From an uncultured Gemmatimonadales bacterium (GTDB lineage Bacteria; Gemmatimonadota; Gemmatimonadetes; Gemmatimonadales; GWC2-71-9), in NCBI GenBank assembly GCA_963728915.1, contig CAVSLV010000003.1:128001-192000 (forward strand): a DNA stretch of 64,000 nucleotides. The letters are read 5' to 3'. The notes beneath the pieces are model-generated. The model searched no databases and was not told the DNA's origin. It saw only the letters and a program-made list of their open reading frames with translations. Within the stretch, counting starts at the first letter, position 1. Each line of letters opens with the position of its first letter. The position numbers and the translations under genes were made by a program. Below, in pieces: positions 37,793 to 46,820 of this stretch.

Positions 37793-38664
37793 TGATCGCC
37801 CTTGCCTTGCTCACGCTCGCTTCACCGCCGTCCATCAAGGACGAGCCGCTGGTGGTCTCGACCGCCTGGTTGAGCCAGCACCTCCACGACAGGAACCTGG
37901 TCGTCTTTCACGTCGGAGAGCGGGCGACGTACGATTCGACCCACATCGAGGGCGCCCAGTTCCTGATGCCGCTGACCGACTTTTCGACCCCTCGGGTCGA
38001 GGGCCGGCTCACCCTGGAGCTGCCGGGCCGCGCCGTCCTCGATTCGGTGCTGTCCGCCAAAGGCGTCTCGAACGACTCCCGGATCGTGATCTACGCCGCG
38101 AACGAGTGGTATTCGCCCACCTCGAGGGCGCTCTTCACGCTGGAATACGTCGGGCTTCGTGGCAGGGTATCGATCCTGGATGGCGGGCTTCCAGCCTGGC
38201 AAGCGGAAGGCCGCCCGGTGACCTCCGTGGCCCCGCGCGTCGTCCCGGGGCACTTCGTCTCGAAGCCCGATTCCACCATCGTGGCGGACGCGGGATTCGT
38301 GCAGACCCATCTGACCGACGCGAAGGTGCGCATCGTCGACGCGCGCAACGCCGAGTTCTATCAGGGCCGGGAAACCCATCAGGGACGGAACGGCCACATT
38401 CCCGGAGCAGCCAGCCTTCCCTTCGACAGCATGGTCGACTCCACCGGCCATTTCCGCCCGGTGCCCCTGCTCCAAAGCCAGTTCACGGAAGCGGGGGTCA
38501 AGGACGGCCAGACGGTCGTCACCTATTGCCACATCGGTCAGCAGGCGAGCCTGGTCTGGTTCGCGGCCCGCCTCCTGGGGCATCAGGCGAAGCTCTACGA
38601 CGGCTCGTTTCAGGATTGGGCCCGGCGAACCGACCTTCCGGTCGAAACCGGCGGCAAGCCCTGA
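37789..38664 (+). CDS. Tandem-domain rhodanese/sulfurtransferase with N-terminal signal peptide
   Basis: VSTAWL, HIEGA, LDGG, VDAR, GHIPGA, YCHIGQQAS active loop and LYDGSFQDW. Confidence 0.9.
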   Translation: MMIALALLTLASPPSIKDEPLVVSTAWLSQHLHDRNLVVFHVGERATYDSTHIEGAQFLMPLTDFSTPRVEGRLTLELPGRAVLDSVLSAKGVSNDSRIVIYAANEWYSPTSRALFTLEYVGLRGRVSILDGGLPAWQAEGRPVTSVAPRVVPGHFVSKPDSTIVADAGFVQTHLTDAKVRIVDARNAEFYQGRETHQGRNGHIPGAASLPFDSMVDSTGHFRPVPLLQSQFTEAGVKDGQTVVTYCHIGQQASLVWFAARLLGHQAKLYDGSFQDWARRTDLPVETGGKP

Positions 38665-38689
38665 CCGGGACCCGGGGTGACCCGGGGCT

Positions 38690-39466
38690 CTAGTGGCGGG
38701 TTGAGAAACGGTCCAGGAAATCCCGCTCGCTTGGCGTGAGACTTCCGATCCCCGACTTGCTGATCTTGTCGAGAATCCGATCCAGCTCTTCCCGGTTCAC
38801 CTCGTGAAGCCGGTCGCGCCGGATCGTCTTCCACCGTTCCATCGCGCTGGTCAGGCTTTCCATCCGCGGCGCGATGCCCCGCGCCTGCTTGCGGAATCGC
38901 GCCGAGGGTGATCGCCGCTCCATCACCTTGAGGAAGAGGAACCCGCCCAGGAATCCACCCAGATGGGCGAAGTGCGCGATGTTGCCGCCCACGCCCGGCG
39001 TGATGCCGCTGAAGAGCGAAATCGCCGTCATGAGCAGCACCAGGTAGCGCGCCTCGATCGGGATGATGCCCCAGATCAGGATGCGGTCCCGGGGCCAGAA
39101 CCAGGCATAGCCGAACATCACGCCGAACACCGCGCCCGAGGCCCCGATGACGGCGGCGTTGGGCGCCAGCAGGAGCGAGAGCAAGGCGCCCATGATGCCG
39201 CTGGTGAAATAGAGCCCCAGAAATCCTCCGCCACCCAGGCGGGACTCGAGCCGGGGTCCGAAAAAGTAGAGCGCCAGCATGTTGAAGAAGACGTGCCCCA
39301 GACTTCCATGCAGGAACAGATAGGTCACCACGGTCCAGGGTTCCCGCCATGCTTCCGAGGGAACCAGCACCAGCCGATTGACCAGGGACGCCGGCAGAGC
39401 CGGCATCAGCAGAAAGACGATGACGTTGACGAGGATCAGCCGGATGGACCAGCCCCAGAGCCGCAC
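38690..39466 (-). CDS. Rhomboid intramembrane serine protease with C-terminal DUF6576-like tail
   Basis: FLHGSLGHVFFNM, GASGA and AHFAHLGG; tail LDRILDKISKSGIGSLT. GTG start shares 1 nt with the upstream TAG. Confidence 0.9.
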   Translation of the reverse strand: MRLWGWSIRLILVNVIVFLLMPALPASLVNRLVLVPSEAWREPWTVVTYLFLHGSLGHVFFNMLALYFFGPRLESRLGGGGFLGLYFTSGIMGALLSLLLAPNAAVIGASGAVFGVMFGYAWFWPRDRILIWGIIPIEARYLVLLMTAISLFSGITPGVGGNIAHFAHLGGFLGGFLFLKVMERRSPSARFRKQARGIAPRMESLTSAMERWKTIRRDRLHEVNREELDRILDKISKSGIGSLTPSERDFLDRFSTRH

Positions 39467-40620
39467 TATGGCTTCCCGCCCCGCAAGTCGACCGCCCCGG
39501 TCGTCAGCACGTCCCAGTAGGTCACGGTTTCGGGATTGACGGTCACCTGGAGGAACGCGGAGAAGGGCTGGAGCTGCTGGGCGCTGAGCTGGCCGGCTCC
39601 GACCTGGGGCAGGGAGCCGGGCATGCCCCGGGGCGACCACATCCCCCGTCCGAAATAGCTCCGGATCATCACGCTGGACCCGTTGGAGGGCAGCCGCTTC
39701 ACGTTCTCGGCGAATTGCGGGAACGATCCGCCCCTGAAGAGATACATCTCGACGTTGCTCACATAGAACGCCGAGACCGGAAGATTCAGCTCCCGGAGAT
39801 AGCCGGCGATCGCCTTCATCGCGATCGGGCCGGAAATGTCGCCCACCGCCGGAATGATCCGGTCCCGGCGCTCCAGGTCCCGCACCGTACGGAATCGTTC
39901 CTCGTTCACCAGGTAGCTGCCCTTGTGGCCGTCCAGATCGGTGGCGAGGTAGAGCTCCCGCTCGCTGGGATACCCGGGCCGGGAGGGCCGTCCCCGGCTG
40001 GTGAACGTGAGGTCGAGCCCGCGGTCGTGGAATTCGTCGTGAAAGCGCTGCAGCGAGGCGCGATCCGTGTCGGACAGCGCCACCCCGAGCCGGGCCACCC
40101 GGTCCATGAGCTCGGCGTGGCTCCTGGCATAACCCGCGCTGTCTCGCGGGGCGATGTCCAGGTAGGTGAGAATGTCCTCCAGGCTGGCCTCGTTCCAGCG
40201 GGTCAGCACGTCGGGCGCCGGCCGTCCATAGAGCAGACAGAGGAACTCCATCCGGTTCCGGGAGACCTCGAACATCGCCTTGAACAGGAGATGCAGGAGC
40301 ATGTTGTCACGCCGGATGTCGACCAGGATCGCGATTTCCGGTTTGATCTCGGCGATGTAGGAAAAGTTCTGCTCGGGCCCCACCCCCAGATACGCTCCCC
40401 CCCGGATCCCCAGACTCCCCAGCGCGGGAAGCACGTGGAGGTAGGAGGTCTCGTTGGAGACCAGATTGTCGCTGTCGAAATAGCCGCCCGGCTCGGAGAG
40501 CCGCTCCACCAGGCGGGAAAACCCGGTCGCCTGGGTCCCGGCGAGCCGCGAGGCGGTCGGGGGAAGCGGCGCGGTGAAGAGCACCAGCGACTGAACCAGC
40601 AAGACCAGGGGACGGAACAT
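39466..40620 (-). CDS. Hypothetical exported protein
   Basis: Signal-like N-terminus; globular sequence with motif-like stretches LSEPGGYFDSDNLVSNE, YLGVGPEQNFSYIA and FYVSNVEMYL. Confidence 0.7.
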   Translation of the reverse strand: MFRPLVLLVQSLVLFTAPLPPTASRLAGTQATGFSRLVERLSEPGGYFDSDNLVSNETSYLHVLPALGSLGIRGGAYLGVGPEQNFSYIAEIKPEIAILVDIRRDNMLLHLLFKAMFEVSRNRMEFLCLLYGRPAPDVLTRWNEASLEDILTYLDIAPRDSAGYARSHAELMDRVARLGVALSDTDRASLQRFHDEFHDRGLDLTFTSRGRPSRPGYPSERELYLATDLDGHKGSYLVNEERFRTVRDLERRDRIIPAVGDISGPIAMKAIAGYLRELNLPVSAFYVSNVEMYLFRGGSFPQFAENVKRLPSNGSSVMIRSYFGRGMWSPRGMPGSLPQVGAGQLSAQQLQPFSAFLQVTVNPETVTYWDVLTTGAVDLRGGKP

Positions 40621-40679
40621 CGGCTGCCTCATCGAGAACACGTAACGACCGGCTGTTTCGGGAATCTACAAGGGGCCGA

Positions 40680-41807
40680 CTACAGGAACCGGACGATCCA
40701 GTCGCCCACCACGTATCCCAGCACCGCCACGCCGAGCCCGACCACGAACATGTCGAGCCCGCTCCGGATGACGCCCCGGCCGGTGAAGAAGCTCCGGGCG
40801 GCGCCCACTCCGAAGTGGGAGAGCATCGCGACCGCGAAGGACATCCAGATCGCCGCGGGCGTCCGGCTGATCAGGAGCGGAGCGACCGGAATCAGGGCGC
40901 CGAAGGCGGTGGCCACTCCGGTCACCCAGCCCTCCCGCAGCGGCGTGCTGCTGGCTTCGCCGATCTTGAGCTCCTCGCGGACTTTTTCCTCGAGCGCCTT
41001 CTCGGGATCGGCCATGACCGCAGTGGCGAGCTCGCCTGCCTGGGCCGCCGGGATGCCCTTGGCCTGGTAGATGAGGGAGAGCTCCTCCCGCTCCAGCTCG
41101 GGCATGAGCCGGATCTCCTCCCGCTCCATCGCGATCTCGTGCTCGAACACCTCCCGCTCGCTCTTCGCGGCGAGGTACCCCGACGAGCCCATCGAGAGCG
41201 CGTCGGCCAGCATCCCGGCGAGACCGGCCACCACCACCGCGTGGGTGACGGGAGAGCCTAACCCGGCCTGCGCTCCCACCATCCCGGCCACCAGGCCGAA
41301 GTTGGCGGTCAATCCGTCATTGAACCCGTAGACCACGTTCCGGAGGAATCCGCCCGCTCCGGTCTTGTGCCACGGCTCGCCGTGCTCCTTCCCTCCCGAG
41401 ACCAGCCCGGCCAGCCGCTCGGCGTGCTCCTTGGATTCTTTCGCCAGGTTGAGAGCGGTGGGAGCGGCGGCGCCGGCGGGCGCGTCCCGGTACATCTGGA
41501 GATACCCCTTCACCTCGCGGCCTTCCTCCTCGAGCAGGAAGGGAAGCAGAAAGCGGGGCCCCAGGCGCCGGCCCAGCCAGGCCATAACCCGCGCCCGCGT
41601 AGAAGGCTGCGGCGCCTCGGCGGCATGGCCCTGCTCCGCCAGCAGGCGCCGCCACTGGGCCACGTGGCGGTCCTCCACCTCGGCAAGCTGCTGGTAGATC
41701 ACCGCCCGGCTCCGGTCCGGTTCGGCCCGAGCCAGCTCACGGTAGAGGAAGGCCGCGTCGGCCTCGTCCGCCAGATGGTGCAGCCAGGTGTGCAGCGAAT
41801 CACTCAT
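40680..41807 (-). CDS. VIT1/CCC1 iron/manganese exporter with N-terminal ferritin/rubrerythrin-like domain
   Basis: ExxH motifs (EDRH, ESKEH); LRNVVYGFNDGLTANF, ALSMGSSGYLA and C-terminal TM helices. Confidence 0.9.
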   Translation of the reverse strand: MSDSLHTWLHHLADEADAAFLYRELARAEPDRSRAVIYQQLAEVEDRHVAQWRRLLAEQGHAAEAPQPSTRARVMAWLGRRLGPRFLLPFLLEEEGREVKGYLQMYRDAPAGAAAPTALNLAKESKEHAERLAGLVSGGKEHGEPWHKTGAGGFLRNVVYGFNDGLTANFGLVAGMVGAQAGLGSPVTHAVVVAGLAGMLADALSMGSSGYLAAKSEREVFEHEIAMEREEIRLMPELEREELSLIYQAKGIPAAQAGELATAVMADPEKALEEKVREELKIGEASSTPLREGWVTGVATAFGALIPVAPLLISRTPAAIWMSFAVAMLSHFGVGAARSFFTGRGVIRSGLDMFVVGLGVAVLGYVVGDWIVRFL

Positions 41808-41864
41808 GGTGCCAATCGGGATGGTGGGCAGGGCCTAACTTCAATCGCCGCATAATAGTACACG

Positions 41865-41940
41865 GGCGGACCGGGGGGCAGGCGGACCGGCGGAAACTTC
41901 CCTCGTTCGTCCGCCCTCCCGCCGATCCGCCGGTCCGCCT
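41865..41940. repeat. Inverted pair of 4x octamer arrays (GGCGGACC ... GTCCGCCN)
   Basis: ggcggacc ggggggca ggcggacc ggcggaaa, a 12-nt spacer, then gtccgccc tcccgccg atccgccg gtccgcct. Confidence 0.75.
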
Positions 41941-41975
41941 GCGACTTTTCCCGCCCGCGAGGCATCTTTAAGCAC

Positions 41976-42533
41976 GTGTCGACCAGGACCCTTTTCATGG
42001 ACGTTTTCCGGCTCGCCGACGCCGATCGTGTGCTCCTCCGAGTCAAGGCGGGAGACCCGGCGGCGCAGGAAACCGTGTACCGGGCTTTCGAGGCCCCGGT
42101 CTATAACCTGGCCCGCCGCATCTGCCGCACCGCCGAGGACGCCGAGGACGTGCTCCAGGAGACCTTCCTGGAGGTCTTCCGCAGCATCGGGAGCTACCGC
42201 GGAGAAGGAAGTCTCTGGGGATGGGTCCGGACCATCGCGGCCAGCAAGGCGCTGATGCGGCTTCGCCGGAACAAGTATCGCGAGACCGACGAGCTCCAGG
42301 ACGACATCATCCCGATCCGGCGGGAGGACACCGCCCTTCGCATGGACCTGGAGGCGGCGCTGGAACGGCTCAATCCGGTCTCCCGCGCCGTGGTCTGGCT
42401 CCACGACGTGGAGGGCTACACCCACGAAGAAATCGCCCGACTGATGGACAAGACCGCGAGTTTTTCGAAGTCCCAGCTGGCCCGGGCGCATGCGCGGCTG
42501 CGCCGCTGGCTGGGGGAGGAGGTACTGGTATGA
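41976..42533 (+). CDS. ECF RNA polymerase sigma factor
   Basis: AEDVLQETFLEV, W...IA region 2 and region 4 LHDVEGYTHEEIA...SKSQLARA; start 41976 or 41997. Confidence 0.92.
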   Translation: MSTRTLFMDVFRLADADRVLLRVKAGDPAAQETVYRAFEAPVYNLARRICRTAEDAEDVLQETFLEVFRSIGSYRGEGSLWGWVRTIAASKALMRLRRNKYRETDELQDDIIPIRREDTALRMDLEAALERLNPVSRAVVWLHDVEGYTHEEIARLMDKTASFSKSQLARAHARLRRWLGEEVLV

Positions 42534-43141
42534 CTCACCTGACCATCGAGGAGCTGCTTGCCCTGCATGAGCCGGGGCTCGAGCCGGGGGTGCAGACGTT
42601 GCGGGATCACGTCGACGGCTGTGAAGCGTGCCGCGGCGAGCTGGATCGGATGGACCAGCGGATCGCCCGGCTTCGGGCTCTGCCGGTGCTTCGCCCCGCG
42701 CGAAGCCGGTTCTCCGAGATTCAGGCCCAGACCGGGCGATGGCGGTTCCGGCGTCGTTTCAAGCTGATCGGCGGAAGCGCCCTGGCGCTCGCCGCCACGG
42801 TGGTGCTCGCGGTGGTTCTGGTTCCCGCCGCCCGCTCCGGCTCGACCGGAGCCCTTGCCGAGCAGCGCGAGCTGGATTCCATCATCGCGCGGTCCCGCAA
42901 CCTCGAGAGCTTCATACAGACCCTGGACCCCGATAATCGGGTGACCGACGGCCGCACCGCGATGGTCGCGGCCGGCCTGGAGGACCGGGTGGCCCAGATC
43001 GACCGGCAGCTCCAGGTGGTCAACCTCATGAACGATCAATCCGGCGCCGACCGGGCGCTCCAGCTGTGGCGGGAACGGCTGGGATTGTTGGACGCGCTGG
43101 TGGACGTGCATACCACCGGCGCCCGTTACGTGCGGTACTGA
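42530..43141 (+). CDS. Zinc-finger (ZAS) membrane anti-sigma factor
   Basis: MTHL...HVDGCEAC (HxxxCxxC), one TM helix; ATGA coupling with GGAGG SD. Confidence 0.82.
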   Translation: MTHLTIEELLALHEPGLEPGVQTLRDHVDGCEACRGELDRMDQRIARLRALPVLRPARSRFSEIQAQTGRWRFRRRFKLIGGSALALAATVVLAVVLVPAARSGSTGALAEQRELDSIIARSRNLESFIQTLDPDNRVTDGRTAMVAAGLEDRVAQIDRQLQVVNLMNDQSGADRALQLWRERLGLLDALVDVHTTGARYVRY

Positions 43142-43161
43142 CCGCAAAGGAGCAGAGCCTC

Positions 43162-44013
43162 ATGATCGCAGTGCGTCATACCCTCTTCGCCCTGGTCGCG
43201 GTGGCGGCCACGACGCCCATCGTCGGGGAAGCCCAGCGCGGCGCGGACACCGTCCACCGCCGGGTAACCGTGTTCCGGGGCGATTCCCTTTTTCCCTGGA
43301 GGAACCTGTTCACCCAGCGCCGGGCCCGGCTCGGCGTCACGGTGGACCTCCAGTCGTCCGACTCCACCGGGGCGCTGATCGAAGCGGTCACCCCGGGTGG
43401 ACCCGCGGCCAAAGCCGGCATCAAGAGCGGCGACATCATAACCCGCATCGACGGGAAGTCGCTGGCGGGCGAGGACGCCGGGGGCCGGCTGGTCGAGATC
43501 TCGTCCCAGCTCAAGCCCGACCAGGCCGTGAACCTCGAGTATCTCCGCGACAAGGCCCGCCACACCACGACCCTGACCACCGGCGACGAGCCCATCATGG
43601 TGTTCGAAGGACCCAGTGGGCAGATGCGGTTCCGGGCGCCCGACGTCGACGTCGAGCGGTTCCCCGGCGGATTCTCCCTGGGAGCCGGACCCGGGAACTT
43701 CATGTTCGAGATGGGTCATGGGCTGATGGATCTCCAGCTCGCCCCCCTGAACCCCGAGCTGGGAGCCTACTTCGGGACCAGCGAGGGGGTGCTGGTGATC
43801 GACGTGCCCAAGGAATCCACCCTGGGCGTCAAGCCCGGCGACGTGGTGCAGGCGATCGACGGACGGAAGGTGACCGCGGTTGCCAATTTCTTCCGGATTC
43901 TCCGAAGCTACGACCCCGGAGACAGCTTCAAGCTCGACATCATGCGAAACAAGAGCCGCATGACGGTGACCGGGAAGCTCGACACCCCGAGAGATCGGGA
44001 TCAGGATCGCTGA
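43162..44013 (+). CDS. Exported tandem-PDZ protein without a protease domain
   Basis: Signal peptide; RLGV...VTPGGPAAKAGIKSGDIITRIDG and GVKPGDVVQAIDG; AAGGAG SD. Confidence 0.85.
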   Translation: MIAVRHTLFALVAVAATTPIVGEAQRGADTVHRRVTVFRGDSLFPWRNLFTQRRARLGVTVDLQSSDSTGALIEAVTPGGPAAKAGIKSGDIITRIDGKSLAGEDAGGRLVEISSQLKPDQAVNLEYLRDKARHTTTLTTGDEPIMVFEGPSGQMRFRAPDVDVERFPGGFSLGAGPGNFMFEMGHGLMDLQLAPLNPELGAYFGTSEGVLVIDVPKESTLGVKPGDVVQAIDGRKVTAVANFFRILRSYDPGDSFKLDIMRNKSRMTVTGKLDTPRDRDQDR

Positions 44014-44034
44014 CCCGAGCACACCCAAACCCTG

Positions 44035-44071
44035 GCGAGGGTGGCCCTCACGGCCACCCTCGCTTTTTTTT
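44035..44071 (+). terminator. Rho-independent terminator
   Basis: 12-bp perfect stem gcgagggtggcc/ggccaccctcgc, 5-nt loop, T8 tail. Confidence 0.9.
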
Positions 44072-44076
44072 CACCT

Positions 44077-44913
44077 GTGATCGTCCACCTCATCGACGGA
44101 ACCTACGAGCTGTTCCGGCAGTTCTACGGCCGCCGCCGGGCCAACCAGGGACGGGACGAGCCCTTCGGAGCCGTGCTCGGCGTGCTGCATTCGCTCCTGG
44201 CCCAGGTCGAGCAGGGGGCGACCCATATCGGCGTGGCCACCGATCAGGTGATCGAATCGTTCCGCAACGAGCTGTGGCCCGGGTACAAGACCAGTGAAGG
44301 AATCGAGCCGGCGCTCTGGCGCCAGTTCCCCGAGCTCGAGACCGGGCTCGCCGCCATGGGAATCGTGGTCTGGCCCATGATCGAGCTCGAAGCGGACGAC
44401 GCACTGGCCTCCGCCGCCCGCCTCGCCGACCAGGACTCCCGGGTGGAACGGGTCTGCATCTGGGCGAACGACAAGGACCTTGGCCAATGCGTCCGGGGCA
44501 CCCGGGTCGTCCAGGTCATCCGCCGCAGCGACGAAATCCGGGATGAAGCAGGAGTGACGCGGAAGTTCGGAGTGGGGCCGGCCCTGATTCCCGATTATCT
44601 CGCCCTGGTGGGCGACGCCCAGGACGGATATCCGGGGATTCCGGGCATCGGCGCCGTGACCGCGGCACGGCTTCTCAATCGCCACGGACCGATCGAGCGC
44701 TTCCCGCCCGACGTGTTAGGGGAGCGGCTGGAGGCCGCCCTGCTCTTCAAGCGTCTCGCCACGTTGCGGAGCGACGCCGCCCTGTTCACCGATGTCGATC
44801 AGCTCGCCTGGGCCGGACCGGCGCCGGGCTTCGCCGGCCTGGCCGAGCGAATGGGCGATCCGCGCCTGGCCCTCCGTTGCGCTTCTGCGGCAGCCCGGGG
44901 CGTCGCTTCCTGA
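44077..44913 (+). CDS. Stand-alone 5'-3' exonuclease / flap endonuclease
   Basis: HLIDGT, FRNELWPGYK, EADD, DKDL and ALVGD..DG.PGIPGIG..TA (H3TH). Confidence 0.9.
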   Translation: MIVHLIDGTYELFRQFYGRRRANQGRDEPFGAVLGVLHSLLAQVEQGATHIGVATDQVIESFRNELWPGYKTSEGIEPALWRQFPELETGLAAMGIVVWPMIELEADDALASAARLADQDSRVERVCIWANDKDLGQCVRGTRVVQVIRRSDEIRDEAGVTRKFGVGPALIPDYLALVGDAQDGYPGIPGIGAVTAARLLNRHGPIERFPPDVLGERLEAALLFKRLATLRSDAALFTDVDQLAWAGPAPGFAGLAERMGDPRLALRCASAAARGVAS

Positions 44914-44957
44914 ACCACATCGCGCGGACCGACCCCGAAGGTTATAGTAGTGTTCCC

Positions 44958-46820
44958 ATGACAGCGAGCGACGGGGCGGACCTGTTTCGGAGCCAGGACG
45001 ATGGCTCCGGCCGCATGGTCCCCGATGCTCATCCGATGCCCCAGGAAGAGCCGGAAAGCCTCGAGGTGTGGGGCTTTCGCGGCGCCGGATTCGACCTGCT
45101 GGACAACGGAAGCGTGATCCTCCGGGGCGATCGCTACACCGGCAGCGGCGCCGAGCTCCCCGATCTCCTGCCCTGGGTGCGGAAAACGCTCGGGTGCGAT
45201 ATTCGTCCCGGCGATCTTCATCCCTCGCGCTATCCCCCCGACATTCCCGAGTCGCGTCTCCACCCGTCGCTCCTCGACGATCTCCGGGAGATCCTGCCCG
45301 ACGCCGCCATCTCGACCGAGCCCGAGCTTCGGCTGCGCCGGGGCCACGGACATACTCTGGAAGAAATGTGGGCGATCAAGTACGGGAAGATCGAGCGAGT
45401 CCCCGACCTGGTGGTCTATCCGGAGACCGACGGACAGGTGAGCGCACTGGTCCAGGTCGCGCTTCGCCATGAGGCGTGCCTGGTGCCGTACGGCGGCGGG
45501 ACCAATGTGACCGATGCCCTCCGCTGTCCGCCGGACGAAGACCGCACCATCATCGCCGTCGATATGAGCAGGATGAACCGGATTCGCTGGATCGACCCGG
45601 TGAATCGGATGGCCTGCATTGAAGCCGGCGCGGTCGGCCGCCATATCCAGTCCCGGCTCGCCGCCATGGGTTTCACCCTCGGCCATGAGCCCGACAGCGT
45701 CGAGTTCTCGACCCTGGGAGGATGGATCGCGACCTACGCGAGCGGGATGAAGAAGAACCGCTATGGCAACATCGAGGACCTGGTGCTCGATGTTGAGGTC
45801 GTCTCCTCGCTGGGCGAGCTGCGCCATGCCCCGTTTCCCCGGGAATCGGCCGGCCTGGATCCTCGCCGCTGGGTGTTCGGCTCGGAGGGCTCACTCGGGA
45901 TCGTCACCAGCGCGGTGGTCAAGATTTTTCCGCTCCCCGAAGTCCAGCGCTATGACGCGCTGCTCTTTCCCGATTTCGAAACCGGGGTGCGGTTCCTGTA
46001 TGACCTGACCCGCGAGGCGGTGCCGCCCGCGAGTGTCCGGCTGGTGGACAATCTCCAGTTTCAGCTCAGTCAGACCCTCAAGCCGAAGGCGGAAGGCGCG
46101 CTGGCCCTGAAACGGAAGCTCGAGCGGCTCCTGGTGACCCGGCTCAAGGGGTTCGATCCCTCCCGCATGGTCGCCTGCACGCTGGTGTTCGAGGGCGGCG
46201 CGCGCGAAGTCTCGGCGCAGGAAGCGGCGGTGGCCGGGCTGATGCGGCGCCACGGAGGAATGCGGGCGGGCGCGGAGAACGGGCGGCGGGGATATCAGCT
46301 CACCTTCGGGATTGCCTACCTCCGCGACTTCGTGATGCGATATTGGGTCCTGGGCGAATCGTTCGAGACCTCGGTGCCCTGGAGCCGGGTGCTCTCCCTC
46401 TGCGACAACGTGAAACAGCGGCTCCACGCCGAATGCGCGGCGCGAGGCGTGCCCGGCCGTCCGTTCGTCACCGCGCGGGTCACCCAGCTCTATCAGACCG
46501 GGGTCTGCGTGTACTTCTATTTCGGGTTCTATCACAAGGGCATGGCGGACCCGCTGGCGACGTACCTGGAGCTCGAGCGGGCGGCGCGGGAGGAAATTCT
46601 GGCATCAGGCGGCTCGATCTCCCACCATCATGGGGTAGGGAAACTGCGGCGCGGGTTTCTGAGCCGGGTATTCTCTCCCGCGGTGCTGGACTGGGCCGCC
46701 GGGATCAAGCAGGCGGTTGATCCGAACAACGTTTTCGGGATCGGCAACCTGACCGGAGGTCTGGCCGGGGTGAGACCCGGGCCCGACCCGGAGGGGTCCC
46801 CATTCCGGATGAAAACGTGA
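44958..46820 (+). CDS. Alkyl-dihydroxyacetonephosphate synthase (AGPS-like FAD-linked enzyme)
   Basis: GHEPDSVEFSTLGGWIAT.ASGMKKNRYGNIEDLV, GSEG, SVRLVDN, GESFETS, RVTQ.Y..G.C.YFYF and AAREEILASGGSISHHHGVGKLR, which I recognise as AGPS-type motifs. Confidence 0.88.
   Translation: MTASDGADLFRSQDDGSGRMVPDAHPMPQEEPESLEVWGFRGAGFDLLDNGSVILRGDRYTGSGAELPDLLPWVRKTLGCDIRPGDLHPSRYPPDIPESRLHPSLLDDLREILPDAAISTEPELRLRRGHGHTLEEMWAIKYGKIERVPDLVVYPETDGQVSALVQVALRHEACLVPYGGGTNVTDALRCPPDEDRTIIAVDMSRMNRIRWIDPVNRMACIEAGAVGRHIQSRLAAMGFTLGHEPDSVEFSTLGGWIATYASGMKKNRYGNIEDLVLDVEVVSSLGELRHAPFPRESAGLDPRRWVFGSEGSLGIVTSAVVKIFPLPEVQRYDALLFPDFETGVRFLYDLTREAVPPASVRLVDNLQFQLSQTLKPKAEGALALKRKLERLLVTRLKGFDPSRMVACTLVFEGGAREVSAQEAAVAGLMRRHGGMRAGAENGRRGYQLTFGIAYLRDFVMRYWVLGESFETSVPWSRVLSLCDNVKQRLHAECAARGVPGRPFVTARVTQLYQTGVCVYFYFGFYHKGMADPLATYLELERAAREEILASGGSISHHHGVGKLRRGFLSRVFSPAVLDWAAGIKQAVDPNNVFGIGNLTGGLAGVRPGPDPEGSPFRMKT

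Noticed and set aside
44041..44076. Longer start for the flap endonuclease
   Set aside because: It lies inside the terminator hairpin and T-tract; family homology starts at about 44077.
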